Source of the DNA: an uncultured Acidobacteriota bacterium
Lineage (GTDB): Bacteria; Acidobacteriota; Thermoanaerobaculia; UBA5066; DATFVB01
Length of the DNA: 64,000 bases
Assembly: GCA_963794295.1 (NCBI GenBank)
Contig: CAWCDE010000006.1
Location: forward strand, 18,738 to 82,737
Direction: 5' to 3'
Made by a program: the position numbers and the translations under genes. The stretch's first letter is position 1, and each line of letters opens with the position of its first letter. The notes under the pieces are model-generated. The model saw nothing but the letters and a program-made list of their open reading frames with translations. It ran no database searches and was not told the origin of the DNA. Shown here one piece after another: positions 54,520 to 64,000 of this stretch.

Positions 54520-55595
54520 ACGCGCCGGGGAGGAAGCGGCCGCGTTCGGGGAGGCGCCCCGGTTTCTGGGTCCGGCCCGAGCTCCGGCGATACCTCCCCG
54601 CCGGGATCGGCGTGCTCGCGCTGGTCCTGCTCGCGCTGACGTTCGCCGTGGCGCCGCGCGGCCGGCGGCGTTCGCCGGGAGCGCCGGCCTCGGCGGCCGG
54701 GCCCGAACCCGCGACGATCTCGGAGAATGAGGCCGTGCTGCGGCGCGCCGCGGACTCCCGCTCGGAGCCGGTCATCACGCTGCGCCGCGGATCCGCGATA
54801 TCGGTCGTCGAGCAGAACGGGATCTGGTGCCGCGTGCGTGACATCTCGGGCCGCGAGGGATACCTTCCTCGCCGCGCCGTCGAACGCGACGCCGACCGCG
54901 CGCTGCGCGCGCGCCGGGCCGAGACGATCTTCCGTTTCGCCCCGCTCACCGGAGACGTCGCGGCCGACACGCCTCTCCTCCTCGCGCCGTTCTCGTTCGC
55001 GGCGGTCTGGGGGGACGCGGAGCGGGGGGATTCGCTGCCGATCTATTCGGTCGACCACGGCTACTACGCCACGAAGCTCCCGGACGGCACTCTCGGATTC
55101 GTCGCGTCCGAGGACGTCGACGTGATCCCCGCCAATCCCGCCGAGCCGGCGCTCACCCCCGGGTCGGGAAAAGTCGTCAGGGGGATCGAGGTCGCCGAGC
55201 AGACGCCCCCTCCGACCGCCGAGACGGCGCCCCCGCCGATCCCCGGGATGCCGTCCGACGTTCCCGAGCCGGGTCCGCCAGCCCCGGGGATCCCGCCGGG
55301 CGGAGTCTCGGGAGGAACGGAGGAAGTCGCGCCCGCGGTGCTTCTTCAGAAGGTCGATCCGACGTATCCCCCGGGCGCGCTCGCCGCGCGGGTCGCCGGC
55401 ACGGTCGTGCTGCAGGTCTCGATCGACCGCGAGGGGAACGTCACCCGGGTCGAGGTGAAGAGAGAGGCTCCGCTCGGCATGACGGAAGCGGCCATCGCCG
55501 CCGTCCAGCAGTGGAAGTACAAGCCGGCGACCGCTCTCGGCGGCCCGATCCCGTCGATGAAGCTCGTGCGCATCGAGTTCAAACCGCCGGAGTAG
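54517..55595 (+). CDS. TonB C-terminal-domain protein with N-terminal TM helix and SH3b domain
   Basis: 3' in-frame part of ORF 54276..55595. TM (YLPAGIGVLALVLLALTFAV), SH3-like (ITLRRGSAISVVEQNGIWCRVRDISGREGYLPRRAV), Pro-rich linker, TonB_C (VLLQKVDPTYPPGALAARVAGTVVLQVSIDREGNV...). Confidence 0.7.
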
Positions 55596-55659
55596 CAGGC
55601 GCGGCGATCCTCCTTCGCTCTCACGAGCTTCGGAGGATTGCCGGCAAGATCCGCCGTAG

Positions 55660-55790
55660 CCTCGGCGAAGGCGGATGCATCGAGCCGGCCGGGCGCGTGC
55701 CGCCGGCCGCCGCCACGACGTACGCTTCGGTACGCCTTAGGCGTCGGCCGGCGACCCGCATCCCGGCGGGCTCGCGCCTCGCCGCGCCTT
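55660..55790. repeat. GC-rich hairpin repeat, copy R5, core ACGTACGCTTCGGTACGCCTTAG
   Basis: Core at 55715-55740 inside the stem GCCGGCCGCCGCC / GGCGTCGGCCGGC. Flanks GCATCGAGC ... CCCGCATCCC ... GGCTCGCGCCT are shared with R2 and R3. Immediately 3' of the TonB-like gene. Confidence 0.65.
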
Positions 55791-56048
55791 CACGTGGTTC
55801 CAGCGTCAGGGCTCGGGCTCTTCCCTCATCCGGCGGCTTCCAGCCGCCACCTTCTCCCGCGGGGAGAAGTCGCGTGGAGGCTCGCTCCGCTCGCGACCCT
55901 ATCGGCCCTCGACCGCTTCGGAGCCCCGGGCCCGACGAGGGCACTCGCGGCCTCGCGGAGCGAGGACCACGCGAAGGATTCGAGCAACCGCGGTCAATCC
56001 GGGCCCGCCGGAGGCCTTGCCCCCGGCGCGGAGTAGAATTCACGCTAC

Positions 56049-57716
56049 GTGATCCAGCTCTTCTACGAGGTCGACGGGCGCCCGCAGGTGTACACGCTCC
56101 TGAAGGAAGAAGTGTCGATCGGGCGGTCCTCGGAGAACGACGTCGTCCTGAACGACTTCTCGGTCTCGCGCAAGCACGCGATCCTCGTCCGGAAGGACGA
56201 GACCTGGTTCGTGCGCGACAACAATTCGACGAACGGCGTCCGGCTCAACGGGAAGACCGTGACGGACATGGCCGTCAAGGACGGCGACGAGATCGCCGTC
56301 GGCACCTTCACGCTGCGTCTCCGGGACGACCCGTCGATCGTGAGCTACCCGCGCGGCGACGACAAGAAGGAGTCGACCTCGACGTTCATCCGTCCGCTCG
56401 AGGAGTTCAACGAGGACTTCGGCCTGGAGAAGGACCTCCCGCCGGCGGACTCGACGGTTCTCCGGAAGCGCGGTTCGCTCGACCTCGCCTACAAGAACAA
56501 GGTCTTCGAGATCCTCGTGCAGGTCGCGAAGACGCTCATCTCGGCCGACGAGCTCGAGACGGTTCTCGAGAAGGTCATGGACCTCATCTTCGAGTACCTC
56601 CCGGTCGACCGCGGCTTCCTGCTCCTGATCGACGAGACGGGGGATTTGAAGACGCGCGTCGCGAGGGTCAAGTCGTCGCGGATGACCTCGGTCGCCGAGG
56701 GCGAGGTGCCGTTCTCGCGCACGATCGTCGACATGGTCGTCCGCCAGAAAGTCGCGTTCCTGACCTCCGACGCCCAGAAGGACGACCGCTTCGACATGGG
56801 CCAGTCGATCCGGATCCAGCACATCCGTTCGGCGATGTGCGTCCCGCTCTGGGACCGCGGCACCGTGATCGGGGTGATCCACGTCGACTCTCCGATCTAC
56901 GTCGGCACGTTCAAGAGCGAGGACCTCGACCTGCTGACGGCGCTCGCGAATTTCGCCGCGGTCGCGATCGAGCGGGCGAGCCTCCATGCGCGGGTCGAGG
57001 AGGACAAGCGGATCCGCACCCGGCTCGAGCGATACCATTCGCCGGCGGTCATCGAGGAGATCATCGCGGACTCCTCGGGGACCGGGGCGCTCGACCGCGC
57101 GCGGACGAAGAGCGTGACGGTGCTCTTCGCCGACCTCGTTGGATTCACGACGATGACGGAGAAGATGGCCCCGGAGACCGTCTCGACGATGCTGAATACC
57201 TTCTTCACCCACGCGGCGGAGGCCGTCTTCTCCGTCGACGGAACCCTGGACAAGTTCATCGGGGACGAGGCGATGGCGTTCTTCGGCGCCCCGATCGACC
57301 AGCCGGACCATGCCTGGCGCGCGATCATGGCGGCCCTCAAGATTCGCGAATCCCTCGAGGCCTGGAACCGGCAAAGGGAGGCCGCGGGCGAGCGGCGCCT
57401 CGAGGTGAGGATCGCGATCAACAGCGGCGAGGTCGTCGTCGGGGAGATCGGCTCCGACCGGCGCGTCGACTACACCGTCCTCGGCACGCCGGTCAACATC
57501 GCGGCGCGGATCGAGCAGTTCGTCGCGGCGCCCGGCGACATCGTCATTGGACCCGAGACGTACGAGGCCGTGAAGGACCGGGTCAACGCCGCGCAGCTCG
57601 GGTTCTTCGCGCTCAAGGGCCTCGTCTCGCAGGTCCCCCTCTTCAAGGTCATGGGACTCTCCGATCGCGACGTCGGGAGCCGGCCGACGCTGGAAGCGCC
57701 TCCCGCGATTCCCTGA
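56049..57716 (+). CDS. FHA-GAF-class III adenylate/guanylate cyclase signalling protein
   Basis: 555 aa, uninterrupted. N-terminal FHA (VSIGRSSENDVVLNDFSVSRKHAIL...STNGVRLNG), central GAF (...LPVDRGFLLLIDETGDL...), C-terminal cyclase homology domain (TVLFADLVGFTTMTEKM...FIGDEAMAFFGAP...GTPVNIAARIE). Confidence 0.85.
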   Translation: MIQLFYEVDGRPQVYTLLKEEVSIGRSSENDVVLNDFSVSRKHAILVRKDETWFVRDNNSTNGVRLNGKTVTDMAVKDGDEIAVGTFTLRLRDDPSIVSYPRGDDKKESTSTFIRPLEEFNEDFGLEKDLPPADSTVLRKRGSLDLAYKNKVFEILVQVAKTLISADELETVLEKVMDLIFEYLPVDRGFLLLIDETGDLKTRVARVKSSRMTSVAEGEVPFSRTIVDMVVRQKVAFLTSDAQKDDRFDMGQSIRIQHIRSAMCVPLWDRGTVIGVIHVDSPIYVGTFKSEDLDLLTALANFAAVAIERASLHARVEEDKRIRTRLERYHSPAVIEEIIADSSGTGALDRARTKSVTVLFADLVGFTTMTEKMAPETVSTMLNTFFTHAAEAVFSVDGTLDKFIGDEAMAFFGAPIDQPDHAWRAIMAALKIRESLEAWNRQREAAGERRLEVRIAINSGEVVVGEIGSDRRVDYTVLGTPVNIAARIEQFVAAPGDIVIGPETYEAVKDRVNAAQLGFFALKGLVSQVPLFKVMGLSDRDVGSRPTLEAPPAIP

Positions 57717-57785
57717 GATCCGCCAAACGCGCGCGACCCGCCGCCCTCCGGATCCCTCCGGTAAGATCTCCGCCGGAGGTGAGGG

Positions 57786-58502
57786 ATGTCCGAATCCGAC
57801 GTCGCTGCGCGGCTGGCGCGGCTCGAGAAGGAGAACCGGCGATTCAAGCTCGCCACGGCGGCGGCGGTTCTCGCCGCGGCGACGATGTTGCTCGCGGCGG
57901 CGAAGTCCGCCGGGCACGCGCGGGTCCTGACGGCGACCGAGTTCCGGCTGACGGACCCGTCCGGCGCGGTTCGAGGAACGATGTCGGCCGACCGGACGGG
58001 CGCGCAGCTCCTGCTCCGGGACGGAGCGGGGAAGACCCGCGCGCGCCTGCGGGTCGCCGAGGACGGAACGCCCCGGCTCGAGCTCCTCGACCGGATGGAG
58101 CGTCCGCGGCTGGGTCTCGCGCTCGACAAAGACGGAGCCGCGTCGGCGCAGCTCGAAGACGAGGCCGCGAATCCCCGGGTCCGGCTGGCGGCGGCGGCGG
58201 ACGGATCGGCGCACGTGGAGGTCTCGGACGGAACGAAGAAGCGCGCGGCGCTCGACGTGGATGCCGACGGTACGACCGGCGCCGCGGTGTTCGACGCCGA
58301 CGGCAGCGCCCGGGTGCGCGCGGGCCTTTCCGGCGAGGGCGCGCCCGCGGTCAAGCTGATCGACGGGGACGGTACCCTTCGCGCCTCGCTCGGCACGATC
58401 GCCCTGAAGGAGGCGAGCTCCGGCGCGGCGCTTCGGACGCAGGAGGGCTCGCTCGTGCTGTTCGACAGGAAGGGCGCGGTGGTGTTCAAGCAGCCGCGGT
58501 AA
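57786..58502 (+). CDS. hypothetical membrane-anchored protein built from about eight tandem 15-residue repeats (phi-x-phi-x-D-x-x-G-x-x-R-phi-x-phi)
   Basis: N-terminal coiled-coil plus TM (ARLARLEKENRRFKLATAAAVLAAATMLLAAA). Repeats include FRLTDPSGAVRGTM, LLLRDGAGKTRARL, VEVSDGTKKRAALD, VKLIDGDGTLRASL and LVLFDRKGAVVFKQ. Confidence 0.5.
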   Translation: MSESDVAARLARLEKENRRFKLATAAAVLAAATMLLAAAKSAGHARVLTATEFRLTDPSGAVRGTMSADRTGAQLLLRDGAGKTRARLRVAEDGTPRLELLDRMERPRLGLALDKDGAASAQLEDEAANPRVRLAAAADGSAHVEVSDGTKKRAALDVDADGTTGAAVFDADGSARVRAGLSGEGAPAVKLIDGDGTLRASLGTIALKEASSGAALRTQEGSLVLFDRKGAVVFKQPR

Positions 58503-58683
58503 CCGTCGCCGGAGCGACGCTCGCGGAGCTCGGATCGCTCCGGCTCCCGCCGCGCGGGCGTTCCGTTCGGTTACTTCACGGAACGCTCTCCGCGCGTCGG
58601 CCTTTCGCGGCTCGCCTTTCCGGCTCGACCGCTTCGGCGCCCGACCGGGTATGGCCGCATGCCGTTGTAAACTGGCTCTCCGC

Positions 58684-58758
58684 TGGGGAGTCGCCTAACG
58701 GTAGGGCAGCGGCCTTTGGAGCCGCCTATTGAAGGTTCGAATCCTTCCTCCCCAACCA
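58684..58758 (+). tRNA. tRNA-Gln (anticodon UUG)
   Basis: TGGGGAGTCGCCTAACGGTAGGGCAGCGGCCTTTGGAGCCGCCTATTGAAGGTTCGAATCCTTCCTCCCCAACCA. Acceptor TGGGGAG/CTCCCCA, anticodon stem GCGGC/GCCGC with loop CTTTGGA, T-arm GAAGG-TTCGAAT-CCTTC. Very close to E. coli tRNA-Gln. Confidence 0.85.
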
Positions 58759-58943
58759 TGTCGCCTTCGCGACGCACGGGGAGCTCGGAGCTCGAGAGCG
58801 GCCGGCGACGGATGCCCGGGTTCGCTTCGCTCACGGCGCCCTGCCTCCAGGGGCTTTTTCTCGCCCGTCCCGGCCGCCGCGGGATCCGGCCGTCCGGGAG
58901 GAAGCTCTTGGAAAGGGAGTGCGGCGCTCGCCGCCGGGCGTCG

Positions 58944-60245
58944 TCACAAGTGATCGTCGATCCGTTTGCGAATCGCGTGGAGGACGCGCCAGACGACGAC
59001 CAGCGTGACCGGCATCGCGATGCCGAGGATCAGCGCCACGTTGAGCGCCCTTCCCGTGCTGTTGATCGCTTCCAGGCCGGACCGGGCGAGGCTCAGAACG
59101 TAGTAGGTGATCACGACGACCGAGAGACCTTCGACGGCGCCCTGCAACTGCAGTTGAAGACGCGCGCGACGGTCCGTGCTCTCGAGGAGCTTCTGGTTCT
59201 GCTCCTCGAGGTCCAGCTCGATGCTCGTTCGCAGGAGGTCGGCCGCCCGGCCGACCCGTTCGGAGAGGTCCCGGAGGCGCGTGAGGATTCCGCGGTACGT
59301 GTCGGCCGCGGGATTGATCCGGCGCATGACGAAGCCGCTCAACCTCAGGACGTGCTCGATCTTCGATTCGCGAAGCTCGGAAAAGAGCGAGTCGAGGAGC
59401 ACGCACCGGGCGAGCGATCTCCCGAACTCGCCCGACACGCGGGCCCGCAGGTGCTCGACCTCCGCGGCCACGCCGAGGACGGCATCCAGCACGGCCCGTT
59501 TCTGCTCCGCGCGCTCGGTTTCCCGCAACAGGTCGGTCTCCGAGACCATCCGCCGCTCGGCATCCGCCAGCTCGCGCTTGACCTGCAGCGCCAGGGGCAG
59601 CGGCGCGAGGGTGAGATGCCAGAAATCCTCGATCTCCAGCAGCCGGGCGACGGTGCGTCCCAGGTCGTGCGTGGACATGCCGTCCACGATGACGGCGATC
59701 CGGTTGGACCCCTCCTCGTGCTCCCGGTAGCAGCTCCACACGCTCGCCTTGCCGGCCATGACCTCGCTGCCGTTCAGGGTGTGGCCGCCGAAGAGCTCCC
59801 GCAGGCCGACGAGGCTCGCCGGCATCTGGTCCCGATGCCCGACGGCCATCCGGGTCGCGACGATCGGCCCTTGGCCGAAGCCCGTCAGCCAATCCTTCGG
59901 GAGAAGGCCGGCGAAGTCGAATCCGAACGGCGCGAACGGAATCGCGAGGTCGTAGAGGAAGAACGTGCACGAAACGTACTCCGTGTGCAGCTCCCAGGAG
60001 ACGACCAGCCGGCCGAGCCCGGCGACGGACCCCGCGTAGATGCTGTGCCGCGGCGTTGCGTAGGTCGCCGCGAGGCCCAGGGCCGCCACGAGGCGGCTCC
60101 GCTGATCGGCGTGGCGTTTCTGATCCTCTTCCCGGGAGACGAAGGAGAGGTGAAACACGTGGGCGGCGGCCGTGAAGCGCACGTAGGGGCGCGCGTGGAG
60201 CTCCCGCCACGCGAAGTCGCGCACCGGGTGATTGGCGATTTTCAT
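58944..60245 (-). CDS. conserved hypothetical membrane-anchored protein (DUF3422-like; two C-terminal TM helices)
   Basis: 433 aa, uninterrupted and in a different frame from artefact ORF 58831..60990. Central coiled-coil region; C-terminal hydrophobic helices (LSVVVITYYVLSLA...NVALILGIAMPVTLVVVW). The family assignment is from memory and is tentative. Confidence 0.55.
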   Translation of the reverse strand: MKIANHPVRDFAWRELHARPYVRFTAAAHVFHLSFVSREEDQKRHADQRSRLVAALGLAATYATPRHSIYAGSVAGLGRLVVSWELHTEYVSCTFFLYDLAIPFAPFGFDFAGLLPKDWLTGFGQGPIVATRMAVGHRDQMPASLVGLRELFGGHTLNGSEVMAGKASVWSCYREHEEGSNRIAVIVDGMSTHDLGRTVARLLEIEDFWHLTLAPLPLALQVKRELADAERRMVSETDLLRETERAEQKRAVLDAVLGVAAEVEHLRARVSGEFGRSLARCVLLDSLFSELRESKIEHVLRLSGFVMRRINPAADTYRGILTRLRDLSERVGRAADLLRTSIELDLEEQNQKLLESTDRRARLQLQLQGAVEGLSVVVITYYVLSLARSGLEAINSTGRALNVALILGIAMPVTLVVVWRVLHAIRKRIDDHL

Positions 60246-60335
60246 TCTCCGGTCCCCGTGGAGATCCTATCTCCGACGACGGCTTCGCCGGCACGCCTCC
60301 TCGGCCGCGCGTCCGGGGAGCCGGGAGCGCGGGAT

Positions 60336-62480
60336 CTACGCCGCCGCGATCGCTTTCTTGACGCGGTCCGGCGTCAGGGGAAGCCGGTAGAGCCGCGCGC
60401 CGACGGCGTCGAAGATCGCGTTGGCGACCACCGCTCCCATCGGGACGATCGCCGGCTCGCCGCCGCCCTGCGGCGCGCAGCTCGTCGTTCGGCACGAGCA
60501 CCGTCTCGATCTCCGGCACCCACGAGAAGCGCGGGATGTCGTAGGCGTCGAAGTTGCTGTCGAGGATCTGCCCGCCGCGGAACCGGAGCTCCTCGGCGAG
60601 CGCGTAGCCGAGGCCCATGGTGATCGAGCCTTCGATCTGCATCTTCGCGCCCTCGGGATTGACCACGATCCCCATGTCCTGCGCGCAGACGACCCGCGCC
60701 ACCTGGACCTTGCCGGTACTCCGGTCGACCTTCACCTCCGCCATGTGGGCGACGTAGCTGCCGGCGTCGGCGCTGCACGCGAGGCCGCAACCGCGGCCGC
60801 TCGGCGCGGCGCGCGCGCTTCCAGCCGAAAGCGTCGGCGGCCGCCTGGAGCACCCGGCGCATCCGCGGATCGGACGTGTTCCGCAGGCGGAACTCGAGCG
60901 GGTCGATTCTCGCCGCGGCGGCCATGATGTCGATCTGCGACTCGCCGCGAAGACGTTCATGTTCGCGCCCGGCGCGCGCCACGGACCCACGCCGAAGGGA
61001 TGGACGCTCTGCCCGGTTGCTCCGCGACCGTAGCGGTCCTCCCCGAGGACCGAACCCGCGCGTTCGGCGACGTCGTAGAAGCAGCGTCGGTCGAGCCGCG
61101 ATGCCGGCGGCGTAAACCGCGTAGTCCCAGAGCGCTGATATCGCCCGTTGCCGTCGATGCCCGAGACGATCCTGGACGACCGCCGCAGGATCGAAGGTGT
61201 CGTAGAAGAACTCCTCCGCGCGGGTCCAGGCCACCTGCACGGGCTTGCCCGTGATCTGCGCCAGCCGCGCCGCCTCCACCGCCTGGCGCGTCGGCGCTCT
61301 TGCCGCCGAAACCGCCGCCGACGTACGGGGTGATCACGCGGACGTTCTCCGCGGCAAGCTCAGCGCCTGGGCGATGCGGTCGCCGGGTCCGGAAACGGCG
61401 TCTGCGTCGAGGCCCAGACCGTCGCCTTGCCGTCCGTTACGACTCGGCCAGGGCGGCGTGCGGCTCCATCGGCGCGTGGGCGACGTAGCCCTTGCGGTAG
61501 GTCGCTTCGAAGATCTGCGCCGGCGCTCGCCGCGCGCGCCGCGAGGTCGCCGCGGCTCCGACGTTCTTCGGGCCGGCGCCGACGCTTCGACGAGGTGGTC
61601 GAAGATGGTGTCGGCGTCGACGCGTCGCCGGCGGAAGTCCCAGTCGGCCTTGAACGACCGCCAGCGCCTTCGCGGCGGTCTCCGGGTCGGCGTGCAGGAC
61701 GGCGACGAGGTCGTCGTGCTTCGACGACGGTCACGCCCGGCACGGCGCGCGCCGCGGCGACGTGTCGAGCCTTCGGCCAGGCGCCGTGCGGCGGGCGGGC
61801 GGAGGATCGCGCGCGTAGAGCATGCCCGGACGTCGGATGTCCGCCGCGTACTTCGCCGCGCCCGTCACCTTCTCGCGCGCGTCGAGCCGCTGCGGCGACG
61901 TGCCCATCACCGGGAACTCGGCGACCGCGCGCAGCACCGCCTGTCTCGCCGACCGTGCGGGCGATGCGCTTGCCCTGCGCCAGCTCGCCGTAGGTGACGC
62001 TGCCGCGGCGGTCGCCGGCGACGGAGACCACGCCGTTCTCGACGACGAGCTGCTCGCGCGGCACGCCCGAGCCTGCGCGCCGCGAGCGTCGATCAGCACC
62101 GCGCGCGCCTGCGGCCGCCGCCGCGCGCAGCGCGGGCCCGAACATCCGGGTGGTGAGCGAGCCGAAGGTGCCCCATGTCCCACGGGCACTGGTCGGTGTC
62201 GCCCGAGCACCATGGTCGACGCGGCGAGAGCGACGCCGAGCTCCTCGGCCGCCATCTGCGCCTGCGAGGTCATCACGCCCTGGCCCATCTCGATCTTGCC
62301 GGTGAAGACGGTCACCCGGCCGTTCTCGTGCGATGCGCAGGTAGGCGTTGAAGTCCTCCGGATAGAGCGAGCCGCGTCCCTGCGCGCGCAGCGGCCGGCG
62401 GGCCGGAGCGCTCACCAGGACGACGACTCCGCCGCCGAGCGAGCTTGCACGAAGCTGCGCCGGTCCATGCCTGCGGGCGG
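60336..62480 (-). pseudogene. molybdopterin-binding subunit of a xanthine dehydrogenase/aldehyde oxidoreductase-family enzyme (IorB/CoxL-like), broken by many frameshifts
   Basis: Fragments: MEAARLAQITGKPVQVAWTRAEEFFYDTF (60374..61279), ITPYVGGGFGGK (60957..61337), ...DGKATVWASTQTPF (end of ORF 61360..62886), and a C-terminal ...RVKKAIAAA stop near 60336. This may be an assembly artefact rather than a true pseudogene. Confidence 0.6.
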
Positions 62481-62963
62481 CCCTCATGGCCGGCCTCCCT
62501 GGCCGGCGCGACGCGGCTTCGATGGCGGCGACGATCCGCTGGTGGGCGCCGCAGCGGCACAGGTTGCCCTCCATGCCCGCGACGATCTCCGCGCGCGTCG
62601 GCCGCGGAGTTCTCGCGCAGCAGAGCCGTCGGCGTTCATGATCATGCCGGACGTGCAGTAGCCGCACTGGAAACGCGCCGTGCTCGATGAATGCCTGCTG
62701 CAGCGGGTGCAGCCGGCCGTCGCGCGCCAGGCCTTCGATCGTGTCGACGTCCTTGCCCGCGACTGACTTGAGCAGCGTCTGGCAGGAGCGGACCGCCTCG
62801 CCGCCGACGATCACGGTGCACGCGCCGCAGAGCGCCTCGCCGCAGCCGTACTTGGTGCCGGTCAGCGCGAGGTCGGTGCGCAGCACCCAGAGCAGGGTGC
62901 GGTCGCCGTCGGTCTCGAGCGTGACGGCCGGCCGTTCAGTCGGAAGCGGATCGGCATCTTCAT
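62481..62963 (-). pseudogene. [2Fe-2S]-binding small subunit (IorA/CoxS-like) of the same oxidoreductase, frameshifted in the second Cys cluster
   Basis: RBS GAAGGAGG, then MKMPIRFRLNGR...TDLALTGTKYGCGEALCGACTVIVGGEAVRSC...GKDVDTIEGLA...LHPLQQAFIEHGAF, then a frameshift, then ...EGNLCRCGAHQRIVAAIEAA. The 3' boundary is approximate. Confidence 0.6.
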
Positions 62964-63066
62964 GCGGGCCTCCTTCCCGGGCGGAACGGCCGGAAGAAGA
63001 CGATGGTACGCCTCCACCCGAGCGGACGACAAGGGGGCGCCGTTGCCTCCTGTGGCAAACTCCGGA

Positions 63067-64000
63067 CGTGGCGAGCGCCGTCGAGATTTCCGCGATCGTA
63101 AAGCTCGCACGGATCTGCGCTGCCGAAGGGGTCCGGTCGGTTCTCGCGCATCTCGTCGCGGTGGAGGGATCGCACTATCGGAAGGCGGGCGCGAGGATGC
63201 TGATCGCCGAAGACGGCCGGTCCGCCGGCGCGATCAGCGCCGGGTGCCTCGAGGCCGACCTGCGCCGGCAGCTGCCGGGGGTCCTCGCTGCCGGGCGGGC
63301 CGGGGTCGTCGAATACGACTCGCGGACGTTCGAAGATCTCGTGTGGGGGCTCGGGTCCGGATGCAACGGCCGCGTGCGGATCCTCCTCTCGCCCTTCGCC
63401 GGCGCACTTCGGGAGACGCTCGAGCGGGCCTCCGACCTGCTTTCGAACGGCCGGACCGTCCGGCTCGAGACGGTCGTTTCGCCCGCCGGCGGCTCGACGG
63501 CGGAGGTCGGGGACGCGCGACTTCTCGGCGAGATCGAGTCGTCCGGCGAAGAGCGCGGCGAAGTCTTCGTCGAGGAGATCCGGCCGCCGGTGTCGCTCCT
63601 GATCGCGGGCCGCGGGCCGGACGCGGTTCCGCTGGCCCGGCTCGCCGCGGAGCTGGGCTGGGCGGTCTCGGTGATCGCGGACGGGGACGGAGCGTCCGTG
63701 CTCGAGCGCTTCGCGGGGCTGCCGGTCGCCTTCGCCGGGGGAGTCGAGGCGGCCCGGTCGTTTCCCGTGCACGCGAGAACGGCCGCGGTCGTGATGTCGC
63801 ACCGCTTCGCCGACGACGCGGCCGCGCTCGAGGCGCTCCTCCCTCGCGGATTTCCCTATCTCGGCGTGCTCGGGCCCCGCGAGCGAACGAGGCGCCTGCT
63901 CGCGGCCTGCGGCGCGGAGTCCGCGGCCGGCCGCGTGCGTTCCCCGGCCGGACTGAACATCGGCGCGGAAACCGCCGCCGAGATCGCGCTCGCGATCGTC
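63067..64000 (+). CDS. xdhC: XdhC/CoxI-family molybdenum cofactor insertion chaperone, 3' end beyond the window
   Basis: Plus-strand translation VASAVEISAIVKLARICAAEGVRSVLAHLVAVEGSHYRKAGARMLIAEDG... (XdhC_CoxI N-domain), then LLIAGRGPDAVPLARLAAELGWAV (XdhC Rossmann domain). Divergent from the oxidoreductase genes. Not in the ORF track because of edge truncation. Confidence 0.7.

Noticed and set aside
58759-58943. Possible small gene or att-site duplication immediately 3' of tRNA-Gln.
   Set aside because: No repeat of the tRNA 3' end was found within the window, and no convincing ORF with a start codon and RBS. It was treated as intergenic.
60336-62963. Calling the Mo-oxidoreductase, ftsH, secA, guaB, dnaK and similar genes true pseudogenes.
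   Set aside because: The frameshifts hit essential genes and cluster regionally, which points to sequence error. Only the oxidoreductase pair is labelled pseudogene, and with a caveat.

Overview
This is a very high-GC (about 70%) bacterial chromosomal segment, densely packed with housekeeping operons on both strands. The phylum is uncertain; the gene content is compatible with an Acidobacteriota- or Myxococcota-like organism. No CRISPR array, integrase, transposase or rRNA was seen. Three points matter for reading the window.

- **Recognisable loci.** In order:
  - dCMP deaminase; an M1 aminopeptidase, a membrane protein and a REC-PilZ response regulator; ligA; an NtrC-type sigma-54 activator.
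  - glmM-cdaR-cdaA (c-di-AMP operon); folP; ftsH-hpt-tilS; a B12-binding domain protein and an enoyl-CoA hydratase; tRNA-Leu(CAA); CarD/CdnL; rarA.
  - A degenerate GGDEF protein; guaB-secA; an M23 peptidase; comM; an MltD-like lytic transglycosylase; an MglA-like GTPase with a long C-terminal extension.
  - hrcA-grpE-dnaK-dnaJ-prmA; thiD; deoB; a GT2 glycosyltransferase; a peptide/nickel ABC substrate-binding protein; galK-galT; rlpA; purB; rmuC; arcA-arcC-arcB (arginine deiminase pathway).
  - A TonB-like protein; an FHA-GAF-adenylate cyclase; tRNA-Gln(UUG); a DUF3422-like protein; a decayed two-subunit molybdopterin oxidoreductase (2Fe-2S plus Moco subunits); and the start of xdhC.
- **Frameshift patches.** Essential genes (ftsH, dnaK, secA, guaB, rarA, thiD, deoB, prmA) are broken by frameshifts in patches, often at homopolymers, while other stretches are clean. 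This pattern points to assembly indel errors rather than real pseudogenes.
- **Intergenic repeats.** The most distinctive unexplained structure is in the intergenic DNA: a low-GC palindromic MITE-like element family (4 copies) and a GC-rich hairpin family with a conserved GCGTAC-N-GCGTACG core (5 copies), both sitting at gene 3' ends.

The giant ORFs in the six-frame track (up to 1568 aa) are GC-skew artefacts antisense to real genes.
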